In this document: positions 34,370 through 47,802 of the stretch, one piece after another
Layout of the letters: every line of letters starts with the position of its first letter
How positions within the stretch are numbered: position 1 is the first letter of the stretch
DNA from: Octopus sinensis
Lineage: Eukaryota
Reading direction: 5' to 3'
Length of the DNA stretch: 64,000 bases
Assembly (NCBI RefSeq): GCF_006345805.1
Contig: NC_043013.1
Coordinates: 52,390,001 to 52,454,000, forward strand
Program-made: the position numbers and the translations under genes
The notes under the pieces: model-generated
What the model was told of the DNA's origin: nothing
The model's input: only the letters and a program-made list of their open reading frames with translations
The model's database searches: none

Positions 34370-36800
34370 CTGTCTCGTGGTTAGACGTGTTTTTTGGGCG
34401 GTGAGTCAAACGTTTTGTTGAACGTTGGATAATTTTTCTGTTGTAATTGTTGACTGTTTATTGTTGAGCATTTTCGAACTGTTGAACATTGCTGAACTTT
34501 TAAACTTTGAAAATTTTCCGGTGACGGGAGAAAGTAATTGTTTGTGTAAAGCCATTTTTGCAGTTGTGAATTGTTGAAATATTGAACTTGTTAAAGCTAT
34601 TGTAGGCGTTATTGTCATGCCCCCCCCCCACTAGCGGGGGTGGGATTTGAACTGCTATACTCATTAAGAGAAAACAATATTATAGGTTTCCCGTTTTTTT
34701 GGGATAACCAATTTATTATTGTGTAAAAAATTTAATTTTAGCCGTTGTAGGCTCTATTGTGGCACTTCACCCCTAGCGGGGGTGAGATTTGAACTGTTGT
34801 CCTCGTTGTAAGGAAAAAAAAACCAACATATTATAGGTTTCCCGTTTTTGGGGATACCGCATTTTTATTATTGTGTGAAAAATTTAATTTCGAACGTTGT
34901 AGGCTTTGTTGTTACGTCTCGCCCCCCAGCGGGGGTAGGATTTGAACTGTTGTCCTCGTTGAGAGGAAAATAAAAGTAAAAAATTATAGGTTTCCCGTTT
35001 TCTGGAATTAAATTGTGTATAAATTTATTTTGAACGAATATGTCGGTCGAAAAAATTTCAGAGAAAAATACACTGGAAGAGTCAGCTAAGAAAAATTTCA
35101 GCAGTTACCGCGTTGGCTACTGAAAACGTCGAACTACCAAAGGAAAAGCTCTCTGAGCTTTTTGAGAAAATGAAAGAAGAGGATGGGGGTGATATAAAAA
35201 TATCACCCTCACCTAGTGTTGAAAAATTGAAAAGAAGGACAGTTGTTTTCAAAACATACTGTCCTTCAACAAAGAAATTTAAGCAATTTGAGCCATTCAA
35301 AATTGAAAAGTGTCTGGCTTCCATATGGGAGGAATTAAAGTATATAGCGAGGGGCCGTACTTATGGCACAGTAGAGGCCAGATTTGAAATAGAAGTAAAA
35401 GCCCAAGAGCACTCAGTGAGTCCTCTGAAAACGAAGGAGTTGGTACTTCTTCCAACCTACATGGGGAGACGAACTGCTCGAGTAAGTGTGACAGAAATGC
35501 CACCTGAAGTTGATGTAAGGGAGGTGATGGCCGCCCTGTTGTAGAACAGGACGGACAAAATCGCCTTCCTTCAGATCACACGCTCTGCTCCACAAAACTG
35601 GCTCGGGCAGAGCATTTCTGCCATTATTCAGGGAAATTAGGAAGATATCGAAATGCTTCCAGAGAGGGTACTCTTGGGTGAGGATATTGCTCAGAATACA
35701 AGTAGAGGGCAAAAAGCCAACGTGTTACGAATGTGGCAAAAAAGGCCACATCCGTATAGACTGTGAACAATGGAAAAGAAAAGTGGCGCAGGCAGCAGGC
35801 CCCTCAATTACCAAAAAAGACCCCAAACCCGCACACGCATTAGCCCCCACAGAAACAAAACTTCCCACTCCCCCATCTGTGGTGCCCGCCCCCAAACACG
35901 ACACCCCAAAACCCCAGCCCATGCATACACCAGTCCCGACAACGTCAAAAACACCCACCTCTCTAAAGTGGAAACAGAACATGTTTGAATGTGCGTGGTC
36001 TGAGCTCGAAGTGGAAACAAGCTTGTTTCCTCGACTATCTCAGATCACACGATATGCATGTGATGGTTGCTACAGAGACCAAGCTGGACAGTCTACAAGT
36101 CTTCTCGCCCCTTCTAAATGACTATGAGAAAATCATGTCTCCTAGCCAGACCAGATGGAGAGGGGGTGTAGTAGTACTGGTCTGGAAAGGCTTGAAGGTG
36201 GGCTGGTCGTCCTTGATGTGACATACAGCAGTAGGGCTTTCAGGTTGATCGGAATCTATTCACATTGTGCTAGAGGACTTCAAACTGATTTTTATCGGCG
36301 CCCAGAGAACTTTCTCGTGACGTCATTAGTGGTGTTAGGAGACTATAACGCTATTGTTCATGCACGCATCGATAGCATTGGCTCGATCTATAGGAAAGTG
36401 AACTCACGTCTCGTAGACCTACTTAAGCGTTTTCAGCTAGCGGATTGCTACATACTTGACCATCCGAGCGTCCCAGAATGGACCTGGATTAGCGGTGACA
36501 GAAGGTTTAAGTCTTACTTAGATAGGATAGTGATAAGAACTAGAGATAAGCCTAGTTTTAACTGTCCACAGCTTGTCCAAGTAGCTTACACTGACCATAG
36601 AATGGTTAAGTGTAGACTGGACATAGATAATACAGTTAAGAGAGGATCCGGCTACTGGAAGCTGAACAAGTCTATTTTGAATTGCGAGGCATACTGTAGC
36701 CGGATTAAGAAATTAGTACAGAGGGCGGTAACCGGCGCGGTGGTTAATAACCGATGGTAATTCGCCCTCAAGAGAGCCATTCATTTTGAGTTTGTTAGAG
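34370..36800 (+). mobile_element. 3'-truncated Tx1/L1-clade non-LTR retrotransposon: 5' UTR with tandem repeats, ORF1 (CCHC) and ORF2 APE endonuclease, degenerate
   Basis: ORF1 from ~35040 with PTCYECGKKGHIRIDC. ORF2 from ~35985: NVRGL...ATETKL...LGDYNA...WTW...YLDRIVI...TDHRMV...GYWKLNKSIL. Several stops and frameshifts; RT absent. Confidence 0.93.
34596..35030 (+). repeat. Three ~145-bp tandem units in the Tx1 5' UTR
   Basis: Marker agcgggggt..gatttgaactg at ~34633, ~34775 and ~34928; ttataggtttcccgtttt three times. Confidence 0.92.
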
Positions 36801-36809
36801 AAGGGCAGC

Positions 36810-37200
36810 TACACAAGAGTCAGCCTTGTCACTTTCTGTGTCACACTGAATCTGGAGTGTTCAGCCACTTGCGCACATTAATTTCATGAGCAAGCTATTC
36901 CATCAATCAAACCAACTGGAACAGTCGTCGTCATAACTGATGGAGGGACGCTTTGCATGTAGATGTGTGTGTGTGTGTGAAGACGCATGGCTCAGTGGTT
37001 AGAGCGTCAGGTCCACAGTCATGCGGTAGTGAGTTCAAAAGGACCAGTCTTGTAACATTCTGTCACGCTGAATCTTCCTGAGAACTACAGTAAGGGTACG
37101 CGTATCTGCGGAGTACTCAACCATTTGCTTGTTAATTTCACGAGCAGGCTGCTACGTCGATTGGAACAAATGGAACCGTCGTCGTCGTAACCGACGGAGA
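36810..37200 (+). mobile_element. Two SINE family C pieces (tail 36810-36945; deleted full copy 36975-37200)
   Basis: Head gacgcatggctcagtggttagagcgtc; tail ttaatttcacgagcaggctg...gtcgtcgtaaccgacggag. Confidence 0.8.
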
Positions 37201-37774
37201 ACCAATATCAATACAGTATAGAATGGGTTTGTGTTAGGAGCTGTGGTGTACGGTAGTGCAGTGTGGGTTGCAGTGTAATGTAACGCAGTTTAGTGCAGCG
37301 TGTTGTGGTGGTGTTTATCGATTGCTAGATTAAATGCGACCCGATCGATACAACGCTCAGAGAGGTGTGCTGTGGTGTACTGTAGCGCAAAGTAGTTTGT
37401 GTTGTAGTGTAGTGTACTGCTGTGTGGTGTGGTAAAGTGCGTAGTAATGCTTAGCTACATTTACATTAAATGTTATCACAATGTAGCATGGCAGAAGAGG
37501 AAGAGAGGAGGATGGGGAGGAGTATAGTGAGTAACAGAGTAGGAGAGAAGAGGAGGAGGAGGAGGAAGAGTATGGTGAGAGTGAGAAGAGGCTGTTAGTG
37601 AATGAAAAACAAGCTGTCATCACTAAGTGTTGTGATGACAGCTTGTTTTATAGGGTTCATTTCCTGGTTTTCAAACCGTTTCCATTTGACATTCCAACAG
37701 AAACAGCGACAGTTGACTTAAAGAAAGATTGAAACCTTGTCGGTATTGATTAGATGTTCACAGCTTAAGTTGGG

Positions 37775-37820
<46 letters not shown>

Positions 37821-37933
37821 GAGGGAGAGAGAGGGGGAGGGAGAGACAGACAGATAGGCAGAGAAAGAAAAGGAGAGAAAGAGGGAGCGGGCGACCTTTT
37901 CAGAGTAAGACAAAAAGAAAGAAATAGATAGAT

Positions 37934-37980
<47 letters not shown>

Positions 37981-38180
37981 GAGAGAGAGGGAGGGAGAGA
38001 GAGATAGAGAGTTGAAAGAAACATATAAAGATTAAGATAAATAAATGTACATAAACAGTTTAGTTGACAGTAACTTAGAAAAGGAAGTGCGGATGTATGT
38101 ACGTGTGTGTGTGTGTGTGTGGTGTGTGTTTGTGTGCATTTATATTTATGTAGGTATACGTAAAAGACTACGTATATACA

Positions 38181-38242
<62 letters not shown>

Positions 38243-38329
38243 CATACATGTGTATTTATGTATGTATGTATGTGTGTGAGTATATGATATGTATATGTGT
38301 GTGTATGTGTTTGTCCTGGCCTTCTTGGA

Positions 38330-38700
38330 GTTTTCTGTGTCGAGTTAATTTCTAAAGTTTCTTTATCGACGTCAAAAATGAGTTAAAACCCTGGGGCCTG
38401 CCATTTGCATGTGATTTTGAGCAATGTGGAGAAAGAGCCGCCATTTCGAGATCATGTTTTGCTTTGCTACACGATATCACAATCTGTCAAGGACCACCTT
38501 AACGCCTTCTTTAACAGCGCGAAGGTGTTGATAGCATTTATTCCCAATTTGATAGCTGTTATTTTTAGTATTCAGAGTTTCCCTCAAATAGTCCCAATGA
38601 GTAAAAATAAATCCTCAGTGCATAGTTAAATGAAAATGCATTATTACATCGTTGGGAGGATAGATGCATGAATGAAACCGCGTAATTGCATGAAAGAAAA
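38330..38700 (-). mobile_element. Old mariner remnant
   Basis: TAIKLGINAINTFALLKKAL resembles the mariner N-terminal HTH (KLGKxATETFxLLxxAY); multiple stops. Confidence 0.45.
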
Positions 38701-38838
38701 AATGAACCCGAGTATTCTCCAGTAACATCAGTAATGCTTAGCGTCTCTGAAGGAAGTGGTTCTGTTGGAAAGCGCCGATATGGTTGGGATATCCAGTGGA
38801 GAGCTGATTAAGGGAATTTCCAGACTGTATGTTTGTGT

Positions 38839-38880
<42 letters not shown>

Positions 38881-39024
38881 CATCCATCTATGTTAATGGC
38901 TGAGCCGGTCGAAACTTCGAAGTCACTTGTCAACCATATTCTTGTTTAAGAATAATAAATTTGTACTCCGCAAATGTATAGAGTAACCAATCAGATTATT
39001 ATAAAATCGTTTCTATTATAATTG

Positions 39025-39360
39025 CGCATGCGTGGCAGTGTGGTAAGAAGCTTGCTTCGCGACCACAGGGTTTCAAGTGCACACCGATGACACTTGGCCA
39101 GTGTCTTCTACCAAAGCCTCTACTATATGTGTGTGGTGTGCGCGCGCGTATCTTTGTGTCTGTGTTTGTCCCCATCATCGCTTGACAGCCAGTGTTGGTG
39201 TGTTTACGTCCCCATACTTTAGTGATTCGGCAAGAAAGACCAATAGAATAAAGTGCTAAGCATAAGAAATAATGTTGGAGTCGATCCGTTCGACTAAAAC
39301 CCTTAAAGGCGGTGCTCCAGCATGGCCGCAGTCAGATGACTGAAACAAGTAAAGGATTAA
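39025..39360 (+). mobile_element. SINE family A, internally deleted
   Basis: Head gtgtggtaagaagcttgcttc; tail gcggtgctccagcatggccgcagtcagatgactgaaacaag. Confidence 0.88.
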
Positions 39361-39435
39361 AAAATATATACATGTATATATATGTATGTATATGTATATA
39401 TGTATATATGCATGTATGTATGTATGTATGTATAC

Positions 39436-39700
39436 TGGCACTCCGTCGGTTACGACGATCGACGAGTGTTGCAGTTAATCCGATCAACGGAACGGCCTGC
39501 TCAAGAAATTAACGTACAAGTAACTGGGCACTTCACAGACACGTGGGTCCTTAACGTAGCTCTCGGGCAAACTCAGCATGACACAGAATGTGACACACCT
39601 GCCCTTCTGAATTACAAGGACAACACATTTTTGCTAGCTGAGTGGACTGGAGCAACGTGAAATAAAGTGTCTTGCTGAAGGACAAAATGCACCGCTCTCT
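39436..39700 (-). mobile_element. SINE family C body and tail
   Basis: ggcactccgtcggttacgacg...gagtggactggagcaacgtgaaataaagtgtcttgct. Confidence 0.85.
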
Positions 39701-40093
39701 GCTACCTAAACTGCTGCGTAGACGAAATCAAACCGTAAATCTCTGGACTAAAGTTTGCATCGCTAGTACGCCACAATTACATATATTGTGCGATATTTAC
39801 TGCAGAAGAATAAAGATCCTTCGGATAACATAGACATAATTATAATAATTAGTTCAAAATCTGCATAATGTCACATAACGACCACTAATACCTAAAGTAA
39901 CAACACGGTATTTTTATAAACAGATAAACAAATATGTCCATGATAGATCATTGGAAATCATTGGAGTTAGAAAGCAAATTGCGTTCTCATAGGTAGTCCA
40001 GCTGCTGAGCAGATGTGACCCATTCGTTGGAAAAATCAATGAGAAAGATAGCATACTGCTTGGCAACATACAGCATCTCTACTCACGTTGTCA

Positions 40094-40171
<78 letters not shown>

Positions 40172-40398
40172 TTATCTATCTATCTTCTATCTATTATCTA
40201 TCTTTCTATCTATCTATCTATCTATTAATCTATCATCTCTATCTATTTATCTATCTATTATCTATCTATCTATCTATTATCTGTCTGTCTTGTCTGTCTG
40301 CTGTCTGTCTGTCTGTCTGATTATATGGTATATGTACACAAACATTAATTTAATGGGAATAAATATTATCTTATGAATGTATATATTCTATGATATTG

Positions 40399-40434
<36 letters not shown>

Positions 40435-40543
40435 CCAGGGTGGCTGTGGTGGTAAGTAGCTTGCCTTACCAACCACATAGTTTGGGCTTCGTAAGTGGAT
40501 CTGGTAGACGGAAACTGAAAGAAGCCCATCGTGTATATATATA

Positions 40544-40583
<40 letters not shown>

Positions 40584-40941
40584 ATTGAATAGAGTAGAAA
40601 TTGATATTAATCAATTAAAACCAGTGGCCTAGCATGTTAAAAAATCGAGATATTAAAAAATATATTTAAAAAAAAAATACATAATTTATATATAATAATA
40701 TATATATATAATTATATATATATAATATATATTGTATATATATATATATATATATATAAATTTATATATATATATATATATATAATATATATATCGTATA
40801 TATATATATAGGTAAACAGTAAAAATAATTACAGACATGGAAAAGAAACATGAAACACCACAGAGACGACACAAGAACCACAGGACGGGACATTCGAAGC
40901 CCTCAGTCATCAGTCAAGAACCAGATCATCTTAGCAATTTC

Positions 40942-40974
<33 letters not shown>

Positions 40975-41019
40975 GTGTCTGTCTGTCTGTGTGTGTGTGT
41001 TTGTGCGTCTGTGTTTGTC

Positions 41020-41140
41020 TCCCCACCATCGCTTGCCAACCGTTGTTGGTGTGTCTATGTCCCCGTAACTTAGCGGTTCGGCAAAAGAGACAGATAGAAT
41101 AAGTACTAGGCGTACAAAAAATAAGTTCTGAAGTTGATTT

Positions 41141-41200
<60 letters not shown>

Positions 41201-41490
41201 ATAGATAAAACTTTCTTGGAAAAGGATGCGTGGTGTTCGACCATATAAAATAATATAAATAATAAATATATGCATATATATATACATATATGTACATACC
41301 TCCATATATATATATGTATATATACATGCATATATGGGTATAGGCATAAAAATTTAAACGTAGACACAATGAGAAACGAAAACAAAAACAAAAAACATAG
41401 AAAACGAACTTTCTTTCGAACAACGAAAAAAACCAGAGAAACGAGACAGACAACAGAAAGAACATTACCCTTCATCAGTTGTGCCCTGTT

Positions 41491-41544
<54 letters not shown>

Positions 41545-42145
41545 TTCGTGTTTGTATTTGTTTCCCACCACCTCTCGACAACTGGTGCTGGTCTGCTTCC
41601 ATCCTCGAAACTTAGCGTTCGGCATAAAAGATCGGATAGAGTGTGTAAGTACCAGACTTAAGAATAAGTACTAATCTGTCGATCTGTTCGATTAAATTTC
41701 CTCATGGCGGTGCCCCAACATGGCCGCAGTCCAAAGCCTGATACAAGTAGAAGATGAAAAAGGTCCTTTTACCTTCTGACTATCAATTTCGTGGGAAAGG
41801 ACTCCGTTTTTCATCCATGTTAGCTCGGTAAAAGAAATAATACCAGTCATATTGTAAGGTCCATTCAATCAACGCAAACTCGTGAGTGCCCTGCTTAGAA
41901 ATGGTTATGTATATAGTATTGGTAAATTTCAAAATTATGGATAATAAATGTGGTAGAACGCCAAAATGATTCTTTGGCAATGCTTAGTGGCATTTCATCC
42001 GTCTTAATGTTCTGAGATCCGTTGAGGGCGACTTTGCTTTTCATCCTCTCGGAGGTCGATAAATTAATTACCAGTTGAGCACTGGGGTTAATGTAATTGA
42101 TGTTATTCCTACTTTGAAATTGCTGGCCTTGTGCCCCAAATTTGC
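41020..42145 (+). mobile_element. SINE fragments (family A 41020-41130 and 41560-41760; family B 41965-42145)
   Basis: Family-diagnostic blocks separated by microsatellites. Confidence 0.75.
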
Positions 42146-43620
42146 AGATACTATTTTGTGAGGTGGATTTATGTTCCGGGTTCAAACTACGTCCCGCTAG
42201 GGTGGAGTATTTGAATATTGCTGTTAGAATAATTTTAGATTTCATTCTCCCAGAGCAGGAAATACATACATACATACATACATACATACATGTGTGTGTG
42301 TATGTATATATATATATGTTGTGAGTGTGTGCGTGCGGGTGTGCGTACGAATATAGATATATGTATGTACTTATGTATGTTTCTATGAAAATTATGTATG
42401 TGTGTATGTGTATATATGTGTGTATGCATGCATACGAGCATTGATATACGTATACACACATATGTACGCGTGTGTATTAGCATATCAATATGTGCACGCA
42501 TTTATGTATTCTTTTACTTACATATACACGCGTGCTGTGTACGCGTTTATATGTATACACAGCAGTACGTATACACGCACGAGCACACACTGCAAGAGCG
42601 TAAAAGATTCGATACCATCGACTCCACCCGGTCTCTCCACCACCTCCACCACCACCACCACCACACTAGCAACCATAACACTCTGTGGCTATAGAAAGTC
42701 CAATCTCTCAACAGGTCTTTATATTTGATACTATGAGAAAGGGGGCGGAGCAGGCGTAGAAGGAGGAGAGAAACAAAACGGAGGCAATTAAAGTCATGAG
42801 GTGAAAGTATGGATAAGATCATATCTTGCTTTAAATCTGTTGGTTGTTATCAAAATGAATTAATTGTCTATCAATGAGCTCATACACTCTGACAGCTCAT
42901 GGATTTAACAGTCTGTCACAAGGAACAAATTTGGTTTAGTGTTGCTGGTCTGCGTTTAATGCTTCGGGTTTTTGTTGGATAGAAGCACAGATGGCGCTTG
43001 AGTAGCAAACACTTTACAATCGACAGATCATATACATACGTATACATATATGCATGTCTATATATAAATAAATACCTTCAAGAGTTTACGTAGGTGTTTT
43101 TATGTGTGTGATTGGGTTTATGCTGTTCCCATGTACAAAACTGTTGGCATGTATGTATGCATGCGTGTGTCTGTTTTTGCATAAATATATACATGTGTGT
43201 TTGTATGTGTTCCTTTATTAAACGTGTGTATGCTCGTATGAATATATATATGCGTGTGTAAGTGTGTCTGTATGTGTATGTGTATGTGTATTTATATAAA
43301 ACTTCTGATTTAGGCACGAAAGCGAGCAGATTTGAGGGTAGGGTGTTATTCAATACCATCAACGCCTCCGACGGATGATGAGCAAAGTTGATCCAGGCTG
43401 GCAGAGAACCCAGAACGTGAAGTGCCGAAAGAAACATCGCAAATTATTGTTTTCAATACTCTAACCATGGCGGTGCCGTTTCCGGCACTCTATTCTTAAT
43501 TTTCACACACAACAACACAAACACACACACCAATACATACACACACATACACACACACATGTAACACAGACACAACACGTATGCATATGCAAGCACAAAC
43601 ACACGAATGGATGTATATGG

Positions 43621-43657
<37 letters not shown>

Positions 43658-43867
43658 TATACAAACACATATCCACATACACCTACACTCATATATGATC
43701 TGTATGTATGTATGTATGTATAGAGAGATATCTATGTGTATATGTGTATATGCTTGTAGCTCTGTGTATCTATTTGTATATGTGAATATAAATATTGTAT
43801 ATTATATATTTTATAATATATATTATATATATATGAGTGTGTGTCTGTGTTTGTGTGTGCGCACACA

Positions 43868-43924
<57 letters not shown>

Positions 43925-43977
43925 CACATATATATACATAGACACATATGTACATACAAACAAACAAACAAACATGC

Positions 43978-44020
<43 letters not shown>

Positions 44021-44665
44021 CGTATGCATGTAAGCGCAAAACAGCGTGAAATGAAGTCCAGTTTCTTAAATCCGTCCCGCCCAACAGTCAAACATTGAAA
44101 CAAAGAATTCAAGGCCTCATTAATTACACTTATATTTAGTACTATAGGACCATACACCCACCATACATACATACATACACACATACATACATATATATGC
44201 GTACATACATACATACATGCATACATGCATACAAACATACATACATACATACATACATGCATACATACATACATACATACATACATACATGCATGCATAC
44301 AAACATGCATACATACATATCATGCATACATACACACATACATACATTCATACAAACATACATACATACATACATACATACACACATACATACATACATG
44401 CACTGATTCCGATTACTTGCACATATAAACACTGACCTGCGCAACTTTCCTGTTGATGTTAAAATTCAAATGAAAGAACTAAAAACTAGATTTGATATCG
44501 ATATACAGTATATGTATATGTGTGTGCATATGTGTATGTATGCACGTATACACACGCGCGCGTTCACATACAGACACATACATACAAACACAGACGATAT
44601 GCGCCTAGGTGGACAAGCGAAAGAAAGTGGTACTCTGCACATTTGGTAAGAGTTACATATATATA

Positions 44666-45276
44666 CTAGTAGTATAGCCCAGCATTGCTCGGGTTTGTTT
44701 TCTTTTCGACCCATTAGAATTGGAATTTTTGATGCCTGACGAGGTAGCCTCGTCCAACAGTGCATTGAATGCTGTACACAAAGCAGTCTTTATTTCTTAT
44801 AAAAAATGCTTCTCTTTGTCGGAGACGGAAATTTAAAACATTTTGTGAAAAAGACATGTTGCAGGCATAAGAAAATGTTCATGTATGTTTCGATCGGGTA
44901 AATTCGTCAGTATAGTTCGGTATCAATTTATCTGTTGATCAGAAATTTCATATTTATTTTAAGAAACTTAAGTGTGTTTGCGGCCAAAGATTATTTTCAT
45001 AGTTTTAAATTAAAAATGAACTACGTCTACGATGAGTCTACGATTTAAAAAAAAAATTACCATATTTTTTTCCATTTTAATGCATTTTTTCGGTATTATA
45101 TAAGGGAAGTAACTCTCTAAAAATGTCTACGATGAGTCAACGATTTAAAAACATTTACCATAATTTTTTTTCCATTTTTAATGCATTTTTTTGGCTATTT
45201 TTTGGCTATAATTCTCTAAAAATGCTTATATAGTATTTCCCTTACAAATCCGAGCAACGCCGGGCGATACTGCTAG
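44666..45276. mobile_element. Helitron-like non-autonomous composite with a 3' terminus at both ends
   Basis: Right end CCGAGCAACGCCGG-GCGATACTG-CTAG|T; the left end is the reverse complement of CCCGAGCAATGCTGGG-CTATACTA-CTAG|T. 45024-45276 matches 46458-46711. Confidence 0.8.
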
Positions 45277-46315
45277 TATATATATATATATATATAATAT
45301 ATATAATATATATATACATTCATATATATATATATTTATGTCCCATTCCCGACAAGTTTCTTTTCGGTGCCTCATCGATAATGGATCTGAAATTGCGTTT
45401 GACCGTTCTGGCCGATAATTGATGAAGAGTTGGTGACCAATGTTTTCTCTCCGCCCTGTATTTAGTATATGTTAGTTTGCTTATTTTCTCCATTTTTTAA
45501 ATTTGTTTAATATAGGTAGGTCATATTTTCCGTTTGTTGTCTTATAATTTAATCCTGAAAATATATATGCATGTATATATGTATATGTGCATGTATGTAT
45601 GCATTTATGTATGTATGTATGTATGTATGTATGTATGTTGTATGTATTGATATTTCATGCAAGCGACAGTAAGTGTCAAAAGCAGTAACCGAAACAGCTA
45701 ATGATGATTTCAAAGAAAGATTGAAAATGTGCCGGACCATGAGAAATGCTGGATTATGGGAGTAATCTGACCATGGAAACTGCCGGATTTAGAAGGTTTA
45801 ATCATACGTAAGTTGATACAGAATGAATGACGGAATGGGTGATTGAATGAATGCATAAGTGAATGAACGAATGAACGAACGAATGAAGGGATAAATGAAA
45901 GCATGGGATGCACGAAAGAGCAAATGAATGATTCACTAAATGAATGTAAAAGTGAAAGACCAGCTGACTGAAAGAGAATGAATGTATGAATGAATAAATA
46001 CATGAATAGATGAATGAACGAAAGCCTGAATGTACGAAAGTACATCTGAATGCATTACTGAATGAATGAAGACATGACTGAATGACAGAATGAACGAATG
46101 CATAAATGCATGAATGAGTGAATAAATTCCAATCTCGTGGCTGACAGTCTGAAGCCTCGGACACAGTGCTATCTCCTCTCCACATCTCCAGTCTTATACA
46201 GTTGTACACCAAGCCACGACCATCCCCAGCAAGTCCTTCGTCCTTGTATAATATATATGTATATATACAAATATATATACATATACAAAAAAAAAAATAT
46301 ATATATATATATATA

Positions 46316-46711
46316 TCTTTATATATAAAAGTAAGGTTGTGTGTCTGTCTCCTACGATTTAGATTCCTAACTACTCCCACATTTTGCGGTGCAGTTTAAT
46401 CAAAACCGGGTATCTTATAGTCGTGATTCATATCGAGCCCTTCTGGGTATTAGCGCGCGTCTACGATGAGTCTACGATTAAAAAAAAAAATTACCATCAT
46501 TTTTTCCATTTTAATGCATTTTTTCGGTATTATATAAGGGAAGTAACTCTCTAAAAATGTCTACGATGAGTCAACGATTTAAAAAACAAATTTACCATAA
46601 TTTTTTTCCATTTTTAATGTATTTTTTTGCTATTTTTTGGCTATAACTCTCTAAAATGCTTATATAGTTTTTTCCCTTACAAACCCGAGCAACGCCGGGC
46701 GATACTGCTAG
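46316..46711 (+). mobile_element. Non-autonomous Helitron-like element, 396 bp
   Basis: A|TCTTTATATATAAAAG at the 5' end, subterminal hairpin cccgagcaacgccggg and CTAG|T at the 3' end, lying in (AT)n with no TSD. Confidence 0.88.
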
Positions 46712-46772
46712 TATATATATATAGTAGAAATATGTTACGAAAAGAAAATATAAAATACACGTGGAAATGTAA

Positions 46773-47176
46773 GGGTAAAATATGAAAAATCAACGAAAAT
46801 GCACATTGCAAATAAAAAAAGGCTATTTATGACAGGTAACGACAAATATATACATTTAGATTGACTGAGGTTGTAATACGAGTCATAAAGGTCATTATTA
46901 TGAGATGATTATAAGATGATAATAAAGTAAGAGAACAAAATGGACAATGATTTACGCGAAGCTATTCATCGTTGAATAAAACGATGAATAGCTTTGCGTA
47001 AACCATGGTTCGCTTTATTCTCTTTATTATCATCTTATAATCATCTCATAATAATGACCTTTATGACTCGTATTACAACCTCAGTCAATCTAAATGTATA
47101 TATTTGTCGTTACCTGTCATAAATAGCCTTTTTTTATTTGCAATGTGCATTTTCGTTGATTTTTCATATTTTACCC
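46773..47176. repeat. 404-bp fold-back: 155-bp outer arms plus an inner 23-bp stem
   Basis: 46773-46927 is the reverse complement of 47022-47176 (no mismatch found on reading); inner stem 46951-46973 / 46980-47002. Confidence 0.95.
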
Positions 47177-47177
47177 C

Positions 47178-47253
<76 letters not shown>

Positions 47254-47606
47254 TGTGTGTGTGTTGTGTGTGTATATATACATATGTATATACGTATATA
47301 TGATTATCTGTCTATCTACCTAGCTACCTTGCTGTGATATTATTTATCAATACATCCATTATGATATAAACTTACAATAAAATAGACACACTGTTTTGTG
47401 TGTGAGTACACAGACACACACATAACATATATATTTAGCATTATATATATATATAACAAATATCTTATATATACGTATGTACATATATATGGGCGGGTGC
47501 ATTCGTGATAGGTAGACACATACGGAGGCACGTGTACCTATATATATATATATAGGTCTGCGTAAGGTTGCTTTGGTGTGTGCATATATATACACAAACA
47601 TGTAAA

Positions 47607-47769
47607 GGCACATGCGCGGCTGTGTGGTAAGAAGCTTCCTTCCCAATCACATGGTTCTGGGTTCAGTCCCACCGCATGGCACCTTGGGCAAGTGTTTTCT
47701 ACTATAGCTTCAGGCCGACCAAAGCCATGTGAGTGGATTTGGTAGACGGAAACTGAAAGAAGCTCGTCG

Positions 47770-47802
<33 letters not shown>

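Noticed and set aside
34362-34372. CTTACCTG matching the U1 snRNA 5' end, a possible U1-targeted insertion
   Set aside because: Only 8 nt match and the following sequence is not U1; better explained as an antisense splice donor or chance.
38405-38629. Plus-strand 74-aa ORF with a hydrophobic stretch
   Set aside because: It is antisense to a mariner HTH remnant; no splice support.
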